64,000 nucleotides of DNA from Paragordius varius. Its lineage: Eukaryota; Animalia; Nematomorpha. The stretch covers positions 3,968,001-4,032,000 of the forward strand of contig OZ176051.1 of assembly GCA_964247055.1 (NCBI GenBank). The letters are read 5' to 3'. The notes under the pieces are model-generated. The model saw nothing but the letters and a program-made list of their open reading frames with translations, had not been told where the DNA came from and searched no databases. Shown here in pieces: positions 1 to 13,533 of the stretch; positions within the stretch are counted from its first letter, which is position 1; every line of letters starts with the position of its first letter. A program made the position numbers and the translations under genes.

Positions 1-57
1 TTTTTTTTTAAGATTTTAGCTATTTTGATATCAATATAATTATTTTATTATAAATAC

Positions 58-3000
58 TTCTGATATCCCTTCATCATTCATTGCCTCCAATGCTAAACCA
101 TATGGTGAAATTATTAATGCAACATTGTGATAGTCAGGGTGCAAATTTATGTGAGAATTTGTAGACATATCTTATGGGATAAAAATTTTTTTCTAAATTA
201 AATTGAATAAAAAAAGATAAAAAAAATAAAAATGTTACTTGGATTAGATATCTTTTTGCGTTTGCGACTATTACATGGGCATGGGGGAAAGGTTATCACA
301 TTGTAACTGTGTGGGTAAAAATATACACGAATAAAATTAACAATGTTAATAAATTTCGTAAAATTAAAAAGAGGGATAATAAAGGTAAATTCAAAGTATT
401 TATTAAAAAAAGCTGGTAATTTTATCTGTTTTAGCTGGGTTAAAACAAGGTATGCCATTAAAATTCAAAATCACAGTGGAACAATTCAAATTCATCAAAA
501 AAATAAATTATGTATTTTTGGGCTAATGTAACTCATCATTAATATGAAATATATTTTTACGACATAGTTTTATATATTTCAGCATTATATTAGTTTTAAA
601 CAGAATTTCATATTTTAAAATAATTAAAAAATAAAGGTATTTATTAATGTAGAAAAACACTTAATTTATTTTAGGGTGAATTTGAATTGTTCAAGGTGAA
701 TTTAAACTGGCAATGGTATTTATAAACATACAAATCAATATACATTCGATTAAAAAGGTAAAAAAAATTAAATACGTCCGTTTATACCGCCATATATCAT
801 TAGCTAATAAATATTATCGAGCATAAATATATAATTTAAAGTAAAACTAAATCAGCAAACCATATTACTTGGCACATATATAAAACTCGAATAAACGCAC
901 GAAATATAAATAATTTTAGTCGTTTAAAAATATATTAAAAACAAAATTATAAAATATAGAAATCACAATTTTATAAAATTTACCAGGAAAGAGGCAAGAC
1001 AAGTTTTAAAACACCATAGTAATCCTTGTTAGCTTTACATGCTTCTATACGTAAGGGTAATGGGTCGTCCTCATTGCTATTCAACAAATTTTTAGCAGAA
1101 ATAATGCAATTCATATCTGAATCTCCGAATAATGCTGATGATGGCCAAATAATTTTTACACTATTTTCAATCAGGTTTCGATTTAATTGTTGTAATGCCT
1201 AAAAACAAATAATAAATAGCGTAAATTATAACTTTGAAATTGGTAAATAATAGGAGGAAAGAATTTTTCATTAAACAATGAATTATATTTTATTAACAAG
1301 ATAAAACCGAAAATATGAAAGTTTAAAAGTACCCATTTAGTAAAACATACACATTAACCATTATAATTGCTATAAAATTTTGAAAAAATTTCATCTTTTC
1401 TTCGAATACCGTTTATTATATTTATGGAAATATAAATATTTGAATTATTAGAATATTAAGGTGGTTGTAAATATATAATTATGAAAAATTATAATAATTT
1501 AAAATTATACGTGTGTAGTAAAGAACGTGAATCAAAGTTTAATTAAATGCAAGCGAAAAAATATGCAGTCAAATATTTTGATATAATTAAGTAAAAAACG
1601 AGATATTACATAAAAGAATATTATTGTCATTAATTCAATATTTTTGTTATTAACAAAAAAAATACGGAAGATTAAAATTTATAAAGAAAATAATGGTTTG
1701 AATGCTTAAAAGTGATAAAAAGTATATTATTAAATAAAAAAATACATTTCATATATTAATCTATTAATCTCTACATTTTCACAGGGTAGTAAAAGCAATT
1801 AAAATTAACCATTTTTTTTGGATACACGTTCACAAGGGTGTATAAACATATAATATGACCTTATATATAAAAATAATCCCTAAAATAACCTAAATATAAT
1901 ACAAAATAATAAATTTTCTTTCAATATCATTTGCTATATAATGAATAAAAAATTAAGAAAAAATGTTTGGAAAAAAGGCAATATATATTACTTGATGATA
2001 AAAATATTCTATGGTTTGTTGAGAGCTATTATTATTGCAAGAATCAATGATAAACGCTTCTAATGAAGGGACAAAAAGCCATTTTCGCAAAACTATACAG
2101 GTCGGGGATGAGGTTGAATAATTTTGAATGTAGAGTGAATGAGGGCATTCGTCTTTCCGGAGTTTGCGCTCTAGAAATTACATTTTATCGAATTAATATC
2201 TGAGAAATTCACTTAAAATGTTATAAACTGACCTTTATTAATAAAGCGTTGGTAAAATTTATAGTGTTAATGAAAACTAAGTTAAGTTCAAAAATTAATA
2301 TATAACATTTTATATTAATTTAAGTTGTTTTCGTCATAAGATCAATGAGGAAATAAGTTAAATATTAACAACAATTATTTATACCCAATCACATGATTAA
2401 ATATATTGAAAATACTGTTAAAAAATTATCTATTTTACATTTATTAAACATTTTTTTACAGTGAATCCATATTACAGTTTTATCCAGCCTTTACTCACAT
2501 AATAAACCGTATATGCCATTTGCCCTTCAAGAGTGTCCTTGAACATTTCAAGTTGGCCATTGAAAACTTTTCCTTGAACAATTCAAGTTGGTCAATCAAT
2601 TTTTTTAATAGGTCTATAATCAAACCGTGCATTATTCAAATATTTTATTATTTCTATCGTATTCTTTGATTTAACCAAACATTTATATCAATTATCTATT
2701 CAAAAACCGTACATCTTTATTAAGTTTTTACACAATATATTAATGTTAATAATATTTTAACGCATAATTAAAAAAAATTTTTTGGATTCAATTACAATTT
2801 TTCGCTGAAAACATTTATAATTAAATTACATTGTTGAATAGAAAAAAAATTCGTTTGAAACAAAAAATTTGTTTTTAAATAAATAAATATATAAGAATCC
2901 AAGAGATTTAGGTTAAAAAATAATGAAATAATAAAATTCATGCAAAAAATATGGTTAAAATTAAAATCAAAAAGTTTAAGGACCAACTTAAATGCAAATG

Positions 3001-5843
3001 GTATAAAGATATTTTATAATTTCTAATTAACCCCATATATATATATATAAACCAAATTCCTGATTCAAAATTTCAAACAAAGCAAAATATTCGCAATGTT
3101 TCAGTGCAATTTTTTCACACAAAAGTTGGTAAACATCGGTTGTCTTGAATGATTTCAAAATTGGTAACACACATATGGTCATATCAGGGAGCATTATTTT
3201 CATTTCAACTTTTATGTTTTGCGTTGCCGAATTAACCATAACATTATCCATTATTATATTCTACAGTAAAAATTTTGAATACTATAAAAACATAAAAAGT
3301 ATTTTTTTGTAAATAAGAAACCATATTTGCGAACCTTAATTTTTAAATATAATTATCGTTGAGTGGCAAAATAAATTTAAATTGGAAACATAGCCAATTA
3401 TATTTTCATACTTATAATATACGTTATATGGGAAAATATGTTCTTTGTCAAAAAATAGTCTGTAATATAATAAAATATTGACATTTTTAATTTTTTAAAA
3501 TTTTAAAAAAATAAAATAATTGTATATAATTATCGAAAAATTTAATATACTTGTTCCTGTTGCGGTATTTCGTCCGATAAAAAATGGTGCATTATATTAC
3601 TTTCCCCAATAACTTTCACGGAACAAACTATGTTATAACAGCAAAATATAATTTAAAAATTTGGTTAATTTTTTTAAATATGTATATGTTATTGAAATTT
3701 TTTTGATCAAAAAAACGGTATTTTACCAAAGAGAAGCAAAAATTTAAAATTTGCAAATTTACCACACCTTAAATAATGAAAAAAAAATACTTTATATAGA
3801 AAAAAAAATAATAAACTTTACCAATTTCCAAGTATTGTTCCAAACTACGCCTTCGTGCATCAATTTGTTGATCCGTTAAAGAGAATGGCCATTTCCTAGG
3901 AAATTTTGGGAATTTGAAATCAGCAAAATGTTTGCGTAATTCGTGATGCAAGTCTGAAAACTCTCTGTACCTTCGGCAACATATATGTCTCCCCGCAAGA
4001 TAAATATTAAATACCTAGGAGACATTAAATTATTTATTATGTTTTAATATTTTTTCACGGGTAAAAACTCTTTGAATTAAAATATCTTAATTATTATGAA
4101 TAAAAATATACGTAAGTTTATTTTATTTCTCCACGATCAGTAATTACAGTAGATTAATAAATAATTATCATGAAAAAATGAAAAATAATGATTAGCACAC
4201 GGTTAAAAAATATGGTAGATGTGTAAATAAATACAACAGAAAGGATTCATTAAGGGTCAAATATGGTGTAATTTTACATAATTTTTTAACCATGTGCTAA
4301 TTATTTTTTTCATTTGGATATTCATTTGTCTCGTGATAATCATTTATATTAATTTTACTGTAAGATCTTGAATACAGATCCTGCATTTATGTCTTTCGAT
4401 AGATTAGAAAATGATAAAATATAGAATATCATAGAATTTTAAACTTATATAACATAAATGTATCCACATAGGAATTCATGCGCAAAATTTGAATCATTTT
4501 AAACACGTTAATAAGATGGCGGCAAATTTCGGTCATTATAACCTATTTTATTAACTTAAAAATTAGGATTAAATATTATCCGTAGAACATTTATTTTACC
4601 AAACCAAAAATAATGGATTTTTTTCCAAATTGTAAATATTAGCTAGCAATGGATTCATAAATATATAATATAGATGGGGACACATCTATATAAATTGAAA
4701 TATTAAATGGTTATTCTTTAATCTGTATTTATATTTGGCCGAGGTTAGTTAAATATATCGATTAAAGAAACCGTTTTTGTAAAAATAAAACCTCTCTTTA
4801 ATTTATACAATTATTAAATTTTGTCACATTATTGATATTAAAAAATAAACCCCTTTCAATGCTAAAATCAAATTGTAATAATAAAATTTTACAACTACTT
4901 ACCACATATTTTTCGTGGTCAGTTTCGATTGTGGAAAAATCTGGGATAGAAATAGGTAATGACCGTTTTTCATTATAATCAAAATTTGGAAGTATATTAA
5001 CATTAGTATTGGTCGCATAGCTGTCAGGCATATGGCTATTACTATTGTTGTTGTTTTTTTCATCCATATCTTCGTAATAATGATATACATATTCTCGCCG
5101 TGGATTAAAACGATGATTATATGAAAAAGTAGGATTCACATTTTTAGGATTATTAGAAGAAGGATCGTCTGTAAAAAATACACAGCGTATTAAAAAATAA
5201 ATAGGTGGAGCGCCGGACTCTTCAAACAGAGTTAGAACCCAGGACGTGCGCAATTTTTTATCATCACTGTCAATCCTAGACAAGCGTGTTAAAGCATTAA
5301 CAAGTACTAATATAAATTAAGTCCCTACTTTTAATAAAAAAGAAAAATGAGACTCTAAACTGTATATTTTTTTAAGTATAAATTTAAATAACGGGAATAA
5401 ACCATTAAAATACGGAGATAACTTACCGTTTGGATTTTCGGAATATGGATCATCCAAAATATCTTCATAAACTTTAAGCCGCGGATCAAGAGATATGACA
5501 GTTAATCGAAGAATGTCTCCTGATGCTTTGATACATTCAACAACTTGTTTGTGAGTGGCTCCTTCCACATTAACACCGTTTCTAAATTAATTAAATTAAA
5601 AGATTACATTTCGAGAATCATGTCTCCAGGCAGAATTCCTGCTTTTTCTGCAGATCCACCGGGTAAAACGGCACTTATGTGTTGCATAGGTGCGTATAAT
5701 TCACCATTTATGCTCTTTATCTGACCACCCTCATTTATTTGCCCCCGAACATTAAACCCATATCCAGTTTCAGATTTGATTATGGTTAATTCATGAGGTT
5801 GCAAATTGATTTTTCTGATTGTACTACAAGTGTTAGTGATCAT
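58..5843 (-). CDS. SNX27: Sorting nexin-27 (PDZ-PX-FERM-like), 10 exons in window, 3' end beyond the left edge
   Basis: Exons 5843-5608, 5581-5427, 5168-4903, 4014-3822, 3627-3551, 3260-3053, 2170-1992, 1198-984, 306-239, 170-58; all GT-AG and phase-compatible (1710 nt, open). PDZ: [47 protein letters not shown]...[16 protein letters not shown]: [23 protein letters not shown]...[28 protein letters not shown]-like: [35 protein letters not shown]. The start codon at 5843 is provisional. Confidence 0.95.
448..718. mobile_element. Eroded foldback-like MITE (same family as 45835-46182) in an SNX27 intron
   Basis: Left part gccattaaaattcaaaatcacagtggaacaattcaaattca and right part gggtgaatttgaattgttcaaggtgaatttaaactggcaatggta are imperfect inverted copies of the 21-bp subunit. 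Confidence 0.6.
2514..3004. mobile_element. Related MITE-like remnant with ccattt...aaatgg ends; partial copies near 21615-21705 and 41517-41600
   Basis: Begins tgccattt with ccttgaaca(a/t)ttcaagttgg subunits and ends ggaccaacttaaatgcaaatggtata. Confidence 0.45.
4146..4361. mobile_element. Palindromic MITE with CAGTA...TACTG termini
   Basis: Arms cagtagattaataaataattatcatga...attagcacacggttaaaaaat versus attttttaaccatgtgctaat...tcgtgataatcatttatattaattttactg. Confidence 0.55.
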
Positions 5844-6074
5844 AGGGTTTCACATCGGTAAATGTGTAACATACGGTGAAAGACTTTATATCATTGTTAT
5901 TAGAGCGTTTAAATCCCTCATCATGCTAACAAAAATTCTAATATTTTGGCATATCATTAACTATATTTGAATAGTATTTTATTAATAATTATAGCATGTT
6001 ACCTTGTAACATCGATTGATTCTTAAAAAAGCAGTAATTAATACTTAATATACACTAAATTGAGAGAATCACGC

Positions 6075-6235
6075 ATTATATATTATTTAATTTATTAAAA
6101 ATTAAGCTAATATGCGTATCTTATAAAAAATAAATTTGATTTTTTTTCGATAAAGACTTTCCAATAAAAGTCGATTAAATTTTTTTTCAAAAATACGCAT
6201 TTCAGCTTAATTTTTATTAAATTTATTAATATATA
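6075..6235. repeat. About 160-bp imperfect palindrome upstream of SNX27
   Basis: ttattaaaaattaagctaatatgcgtat pairs with atacgcatttcagcttaatttttattaa around a gactttccaataaaagtc centre. Confidence 0.65.
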
Positions 6236-6419
6236 ATTTTTTAAATATTAGAATTATTTGATACTATTTGAATGCTAATCAGTCGAAATAGTTATTATAT
6301 CTTTCGGAAAAAACTCAATGGGCTTGTCAATATATATATACTCCATCACCTTTTGGAATTTTTATTCAGCGATTTGATTCAATTATCTTAAACAGTATTT
6401 AGGTATTAGTCCCAATTTA

Positions 6420-6720
6420 AAAATATGCTTCTTTAAACTTTTAGGCGCAAACTACAAAATTTTTTCAGAATCTAAAATTATGCGATTTTTTCCATTATAT
6501 TTTTTAAATCGCTAATGTAACTGGTAAATATATGCCTATGATTTATGTAAATATTTCTAAAAATCAGGCTACATTTTACCAAAAAAGCTTGTATTGATTT
6601 TAATAACAGCTGATAGTTTCAATCCTGTTTTGGAGCAGGCCCAAATCTAAGAGTCTAGAAGCCATAAAACAAAAAATATAAGCTTATTTATCTAATATAT
6701 GAGAGCAATATTTGTTAATT
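6420..6720. repeat. Dispersed repeat family B; further copies near 12765-13200, 44790-45130, 46740-46890, 48700-48800, 52900-53150
   Basis: Shared motifs atcgctaatg(c/t)aac(a/t)gg(c/t)aaat, tttcaat.gtgttttggagc and aatataagcttt.ttatctaata; the copy at 12765-13142 is itself an inverted pair. Confidence 0.6.
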
Positions 6721-7492
6721 AAATTTTAAATATAAATTGAGCTCTAAAAATACCTTAACAGCTACAAAAAAGTAAGTAGATCATGAGGTGTGAACAAAAT
6801 CCTGACAATGCTGTTTATTTTTTTATTTCTATTGTTCGTTATTTAGGGGGTTTATATCCTTCAATACCCACCTCTTTTACTTGTATAATAGCAATATATC
6901 ATAGCAATTTTTATAATAACACCTTATTTGGGATAATTTTATATCCCCTGGCAATTTAATAATTGATTTTTATAAAAAGTAATTAAGGTATTACGCTTTT
7001 TAAAAATTATTTTTTTAGGCACATGCTCGAAAATTTTAATAAAAAATGTAAAATTGTAAAAAAAATTATATTAAACTCTTAGCTGCATTTTTTTTCAATA
7101 AATTATTTTTGATTCACAGGCTTAAAACTGTATATGGTTAGAAAGTTAAATAATTCTTTAGAAAGGATCGAAGGCATATTACCACCAAACACATGATATT
7201 TATTTATTCAAGAAGCTGTCGCTTATACTCTGGAACATTTTATATATATTTTATAATAAAAAAAAACAAACAGTCGTTTATTTTTTAGAAGAAGCTCTGA
7301 GATATAAACCGTAAAATGTCATGTGTAGAAAAAATAAAAATGTAAAGTTTGATTCTTTTATTCGGAGTTGTTAAGAAACGACAATGTCTATTCCCAATAT
7401 AAACGGGGTTTTACTACATTTTTAAGCATTCTTGATAGCATGGTAACTCCGAAATGGAGGAGTATAAAAAAATTACTTAAATAATGCATAGA

Positions 7493-8500
7493 TTCTGATA
7501 GGAAAAGATCAGGATTATCATTGTGCTTTTGGTTTTGGCCCTTATGATGACATAAAAATGTTTTAGACTTTTGTGGTAAGATATCAGAAAATGGCGAAAT
7601 TTTAGCACTTGTAATAAAATTTTTTTGGTAGAAGCTAATGCCTCATCTAAAAATTAAAATATATAGTGAACTACCTGTAAAAGCAAAACTATATTTTTAA
7701 AATAGAGTAGGCTCCAAAAATCCAAGATTTTTCTCTTTTAAAATTTTTTAATAAACAAAAAAATGCCGGGATTGCGCGATTTCGATATCAAAAAAAAATA
7801 TTTTTTAATGCATTTCTAAAAAAATTTGGATTTTAGTCACATTTTGTTGAAGCGTAATTCATCCTATATGTAGTGATAAAACGGTACAAAAACGCTTTTA
7901 GATATTTAAAAACACTTGTTCTATTGATGATCAGAATTTAAATTAAAGGTTTACTTTCAGATTTTGATTAATTTTTATAAATATACAATTTATATTTGAC
8001 ATAATAAGGACGAACATATATTATATTCAAAATTCAGAGGTGATAGAAATGTTCAGCAACATTATAAAAAAGTGGTTTTGTTTCGATCATGCCTAAAAAG
8101 AAGATAAAATACACTTTAACAAAATTTTGCTAAAAATTAAATTTTTGTATATGTTTTTGAAAATATTTCTTATGTCAATAGCATTTGCGCAATCGGGAAT
8201 TTTTTCGTCAATTTAAAGAAAACTAGCTCATTTTAGAAGAGCAAAAAAATTTGGGATTTTGCCCATTTTTGTATATTAGATTATTTAAAAATATAAGTAT
8301 TGTTTTGTTTTTATAAATTTATGATATGATATTTTTTAGTGATATTTTTTGGAATAAAGCATTTAGCTTTCACCATAAAATTTATTACATGTGATCAGAA
8401 TTTGTCATTTTGCGATATGGAGCACTTACCACAAAAGGGTAATTAAATCACTCGTACAAGACAAAAAGCACTATGATAAGCCTGATACATTTTAATAACA
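7493..8500. mobile_element. About 1-kb non-autonomous TIR element, family C
   Basis: Left ttctgataggaaaagatcaggattatcattgtgcttttgg...cttttgtggtaag is inverted at the right end cttaccacaaaag...aaaagcactatgataagcctgata; followed by a (TA)n run. Confidence 0.7.
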
Positions 8501-8502
8501 AC

Positions 8503-8511
8503 ATATATATG

Positions 8512-8546
<35 letters not shown>

Positions 8547-8580
8547 GAGATTTACGCTAGTATATATATATATATATATA
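8503..8580. repeat. (TA)n microsatellite interrupted by a 15-bp Helitron 3'-end remnant (8546-8560)
   Basis: cgagatttacgctag is identical to 30171-30185. Confidence 0.75.
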
Positions 8581-11500
8581 TTTCAACATGTTTTTTTGTG
8601 GACACAGTGTAATAAATTGGGTATCTTTCCTTAACTCTCTTCGAGGTGTAGGAGATAAGCATGATTAGATAGACATACTTGATATACCCACCCAAGTCTG
8701 CATAAACGCATACAATAGCCAAATATCTCCAGCAAATACTATGATTCGCCAACATATATTTATGTATATATATTGACATATTCTCTTAATAATCTAAAAA
8801 TGCTTTCTGAAAATTTGGGGATAATGCTGAACATAACTGAAATATGGTTAGGGGTCCTATTCAGTCAAAGGAATCAGACTTTGCAGCAGTGATAGTCAAA
8901 CAGCCGCTCTAAAAGTAGCTTCATATGGCCCTAGAAGTATATCGATCTGCAAATGGGCCAAACAATTATGAAAATTTTATCAGTATTATATGGTGCACGG
9001 CCCTTGAGACAAAGATTTTTTGCGACACTTTAAAAGTTTTTTGTGCGTACGACAGATTTTAATAATGGGGATTACCCTTTGAGTGACCGTTGTGTCTTAG
9101 AGAATTTTTGAATAAGGACTTCCTCGGACTTCAGGGTGCGGCTGATAACATATATTTTTGCACCGTTTATAAGGGGTTAATGAGTGTTTCTAACAAAAAT
9201 CAATAAATTTAAAGAAGGCGAATCTAACATTTCATAACCTTTTGGGTAGTTTCATTCTCCGGAGCGAAGCATCTTAAAAAGTATTTAAGGTATTGGGTCA
9301 AATTTGAAAATATGTTTTTTTAACTTTTCAGGCGTTAAAAAATTTATAATTGCAAAAATTCCTCATCTCAAACTTTAGGCCATTTTAATCTTTGGTTGTT
9401 TCAATCGTCTTTTATAACCATTCCGATTCGGAACTCTAAATTCAAAACTGAAAAAAATATATTTATCTAATACAGGATAACAATGTCCGATAATTAAATT
9501 TACAAAATCACTTTTAAACATATTTAAGCTCTAGAGTTGGGGTGTCCAATAAGTGGGATAAATAATATATGTGAATCGGGCCGGTGTTTTGCTATTGAAA
9601 ATCGTAACTTTTTTACATGCTTAAATACAATAAGGTCTGTATAATAATAATTCACATCATAAAATTAACTGTATATTAACCTAAAATTTATAATATAGGA
9701 CCTAAGTTTTCGTTTCAATAGAAATAAAAATTGGATATAGTATGATTGTTTAAAGCTTTATACTTATTACCATTTATGCTGTTTTGAAGATTTTAAAATG
9801 CACCATAAACATTGGATAATTAAGCATCTTATCTCGATATTCAATCTTAGTTATACATCCTTTTCTAAAGATATTACAGATAATCATAAGCTTTTTCGTT
9901 TAAAGTAAATGAACTTCTACTTTTAGCGTTAGTTCCTTGACCAGATAAACCCAATCTCAAAAATTGTTTTTATCGTTTAAACTTATCACTTTAGTACCTG
10001 AAAATTTGTATGTGAAATGAAGCGCTATGATTCTAATCAATTGATAAAGTTAAAAATATAAAAAGATATTTTAATTTTTTGGTAAATCATTAATTTAGAT
10101 GGGCATTTTTACGATAAAATAAAAATATTCTAGTTTTTAAAAAACCGTATCCCAGTCAAAAACGTTCACCGATCCGTTTCACCAGTAAATAAAAACTTTT
10201 CCATAAAAAATTATCCCAATTAATAATGCTTTAACGATTTATTTCCTAAAAAAAAACTTAAAAGAATATTATTTAACAACACAATCAACCTGCACAGCTG
10301 TGGTTCTTTTATTTGCTTTTACAATTTAGGATATTATACACCTTTGTGGCATTGCTCTATATCGAAAAATCGTTGCGCACACATACTAAACATTTTTTTT
10401 GGTGAAAGCTACATGTTTTATTCCAAAAATATCATTTTAATTAAATTTCAAATTTCAGATATAGGCTCCCAAAGACTAAGTTTTTAGCTCCTCCAAAACA
10501 AGTTATTCTGTAATATGTGGTAAATTATTACATAAAAAATAAAGAATGTATTAACGGCAGATTAACTGTTTAAGACATTATAAATCATTTTTATAGGTTT
10601 GAATTGGGTATCTACTGAAATCAGACTGCATTTAAGTTAATTAAATTACTGAAAGAAAGGATTTAAATATATGCATCTATTTTAATAAAAATTATATGAA
10701 TAAGCCAAAATATCTAAATTAAAATTAGTTTCGGAAAGAAAATCCAACCCAACTATATTTTAACGCCATTTTTATTTTACAACATTTTTGCATAATGGAT
10801 TATTTGATTTTATTCTAAAACGTACCTAATTTTGTATAATAGTCACACCTAGTATTGATAATGGAAAAATGGATTTTGCTTATTTTAACATTTAGCTAAT
10901 GCAACATGTCAAGCCGACTAAATTTTTACCTTGAGGTTTATCCATAAAATAAATAAACTCAGTTTTTTTTATATTTTTTTTATATTTAGGTGAATGATGT
11001 GTAAATGCTAACTTTTACAATAATTTTTATTTGTTTCACTTTAGAAAGAATTGATTTCAAACAGAGCAGGGGTCTCCATAGACCCCAATTTGATGAAATA
11101 ATGTGTTTCGAAATGTTGAGGCTAAACAATTCCATCTTTAAAGAATTATAATTTAAACATTTGTTTCACGGGATTAGTTACCCTGTTTTGTAAAATACAT
11201 TTTAGATTTTAAAAATTAAAGATAAACGAATCGTTTACTAAAAAATTTTAGGTGATAGAATGTGCAACATCATAATTTGGAAAATTTTATTAGGATATAA
11301 TACACTGTTTTTATACATTTTTTCCATGCTCCGACTTCAAGAAAATACGGTTAATCAAAGTTTTTTAAAAATCAAGTTTCATAACATAGGCATTTTATAA
11401 AAAATATTTTTTTTGACGTCATAACCATATATTAAAATTCTCATTGCAAAATCTCGACCTTTTTGCGTTTATTGTAAAAATCTGGCCAATTTTTGAGAAA

Positions 11501-12138
11501 GCATTTAAAGAACCCACATATAAAATTTTATATTGTTTTGATTTTTATATATGATAATTTTTATTATATAATCTTTTAACTTCTAGCTTTCACCAGCATA
11601 AGGTGCATAAATTGTTATTATTTAATATTATCACAAAAGCCTAAATATATTTCTACTAGTAGATTCCAAAAATTGAAAGCACCATGACAAAACATGAAAT
11701 TTCAATTATTTCGTCAAGATATTTATATACCGACTTTTGTGCATCGTGTTTAGTGTAATATTAAAATCTTTATCCGTTTTTTGCGCTTTTATTTTATTCA
11801 ATTCATATATTTTATGTAGACATTCTATAATGCTTTGTTTAAACAAAATTGGTAGTGATACCACTGATATTAAGGATTGATGACCTTTCATTTTTGTGCG
11901 CGATGATATATGGGTCAAATTTATATCCAATAGTTCAATCTTGTGAATAAATACTGTTTTAAAAGTTATTTTAGTTAAAATTTAATTAAATATTCATTAA
12001 TTAGATAAACAAAATTATATTTTTAATAGTTTAGCGTAATACCAGATATTTTGAACTTTGACGCAGTAATTAAAACTTACTTTGCCTGTTTTACACCATC
12101 ATGTGGAATATTACACAGCCAAAAAATACCATGATAAA

Positions 12139-12174
<36 letters not shown>

Positions 12175-13533
12175 TGATAGGAAAATATCATTATCAGGTT
12201 CTTTTGGTTGCGACCTTAAATTAAAGAACGTTATTTACACTTTTGTGGTAATTGCTCCGTATAAAATTGCAAAAGGTGCGCAATTTTTTCAAATTATTTT
12301 TTTATTTTAAATTTTGAGGTACCTCTTTTTGCGACAGCCCTGAGTGAAAGAGCCATTAGCCAGAATCTTAAGTGGAGTTCGAGATTTATAGTTTCGCCAC
12401 TGCGCAAAAGGCTGCAATCAAAAGCGGTTTGACCGATTCAAAACCCAATTTTATGTATAGCAGAAAATAAAATACTAACCAATTAAAAATAGGCCAATCT
12501 TAGTTTTTTACCGCAAAAAAACCATTTCTTTACAATATGGGTTTATTTTTACAGAGGGTACTATATGAATTTCTAAAATAATTTTTTTGACTAAATAAAA
12601 GGTAATAATTATATATTCACAAAGAGTTAACTTTTTTTAATTTCAAAAAGCAGTACAAAAGTGGGCGCAGTATAGTCGCAGTTTTTCTCCGAAAATCCAG
12701 TACTGTACTGCGAAAAACAGCGTATCTGGTCACATTAGTTTAGTGTCATAGAGTCTAAAATTAGGACAGCACCAAAACATGAGTGAAACAAACAGCTGAT
12801 ATTAAAATAAATATATATCAATCTTTTATTAATTATTTATTGTTTTAGCGATTTAACATTTCTTTATGGGGTAGTTTTTATAAAGCGATAAAAAAATTTA
12901 ATATCCTATTTATTTGTATTAAGCAGACTTTAAAAATATTCTTTCTTCAGCTAAAATGTAAAATTATAAAAAACAATTGTCCCCATATTTATAAATTCTT
13001 TTGAATCGCCATTGCAACAGGCAAAAATGATTATAATGGTTAGAAAATGTAAATAAATAACACTTAAAAAGCTTTCAAGATTTATTTTACTAACAAAAAC
13101 TTGATATAGTTGTATTTTCAATCGTGTTTTGGAGCTGTCCCAATAGACAGTAGAAGCAAAATTGTAAAACATATAAGCTTTTTTATCTAATACATGAGCA
13201 AATTGATTGATAAATAATAAATTTTAACTGAAACTTTTAAAACTGTAATTTATTTAAAAGGTTGAGCCCGGTCATTTAAAACTACCCCAAAAAATAAGCT
13301 AGGAGAAAAATTGAAAAGATAATGGATGTTGAAAATATCAAAGAAAAAATGACGGCGAAAAGTTTTAGTTTTTCTGTATAATGTGCTTAAAAGACCAAAA
13401 AACATATTTTAAATTCTTAAGTATTTAAATTTCAAATCACGGCATTTAAAACTACCGCAAAATGTCATGGAGTGTTACAGTGAAAGTAATTTTATTAACT
13501 CATAACGCATAATTAAGGAATGTTAGGTACAGC

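Noticed and set aside
3023-3052. Apparent 30-nt micro-intron in SNX27
   Set aside because: Using the AG at 3023-3024 hits a stop after about 11 codons; the acceptor at 2171-2172 restores the conserved ERKL...PHSLYIQNY.
5169-5283. First 38 codons of the 161-aa ORF as SNX27 coding sequence
   Set aside because: The AG at 5276-5277 is out of phase with the previous exon; the phase-correct acceptor is at 5169-5170.
11706-11930. 74-aa minus-strand ORF
   Set aside because: No recognisable motif or supported splice structure.
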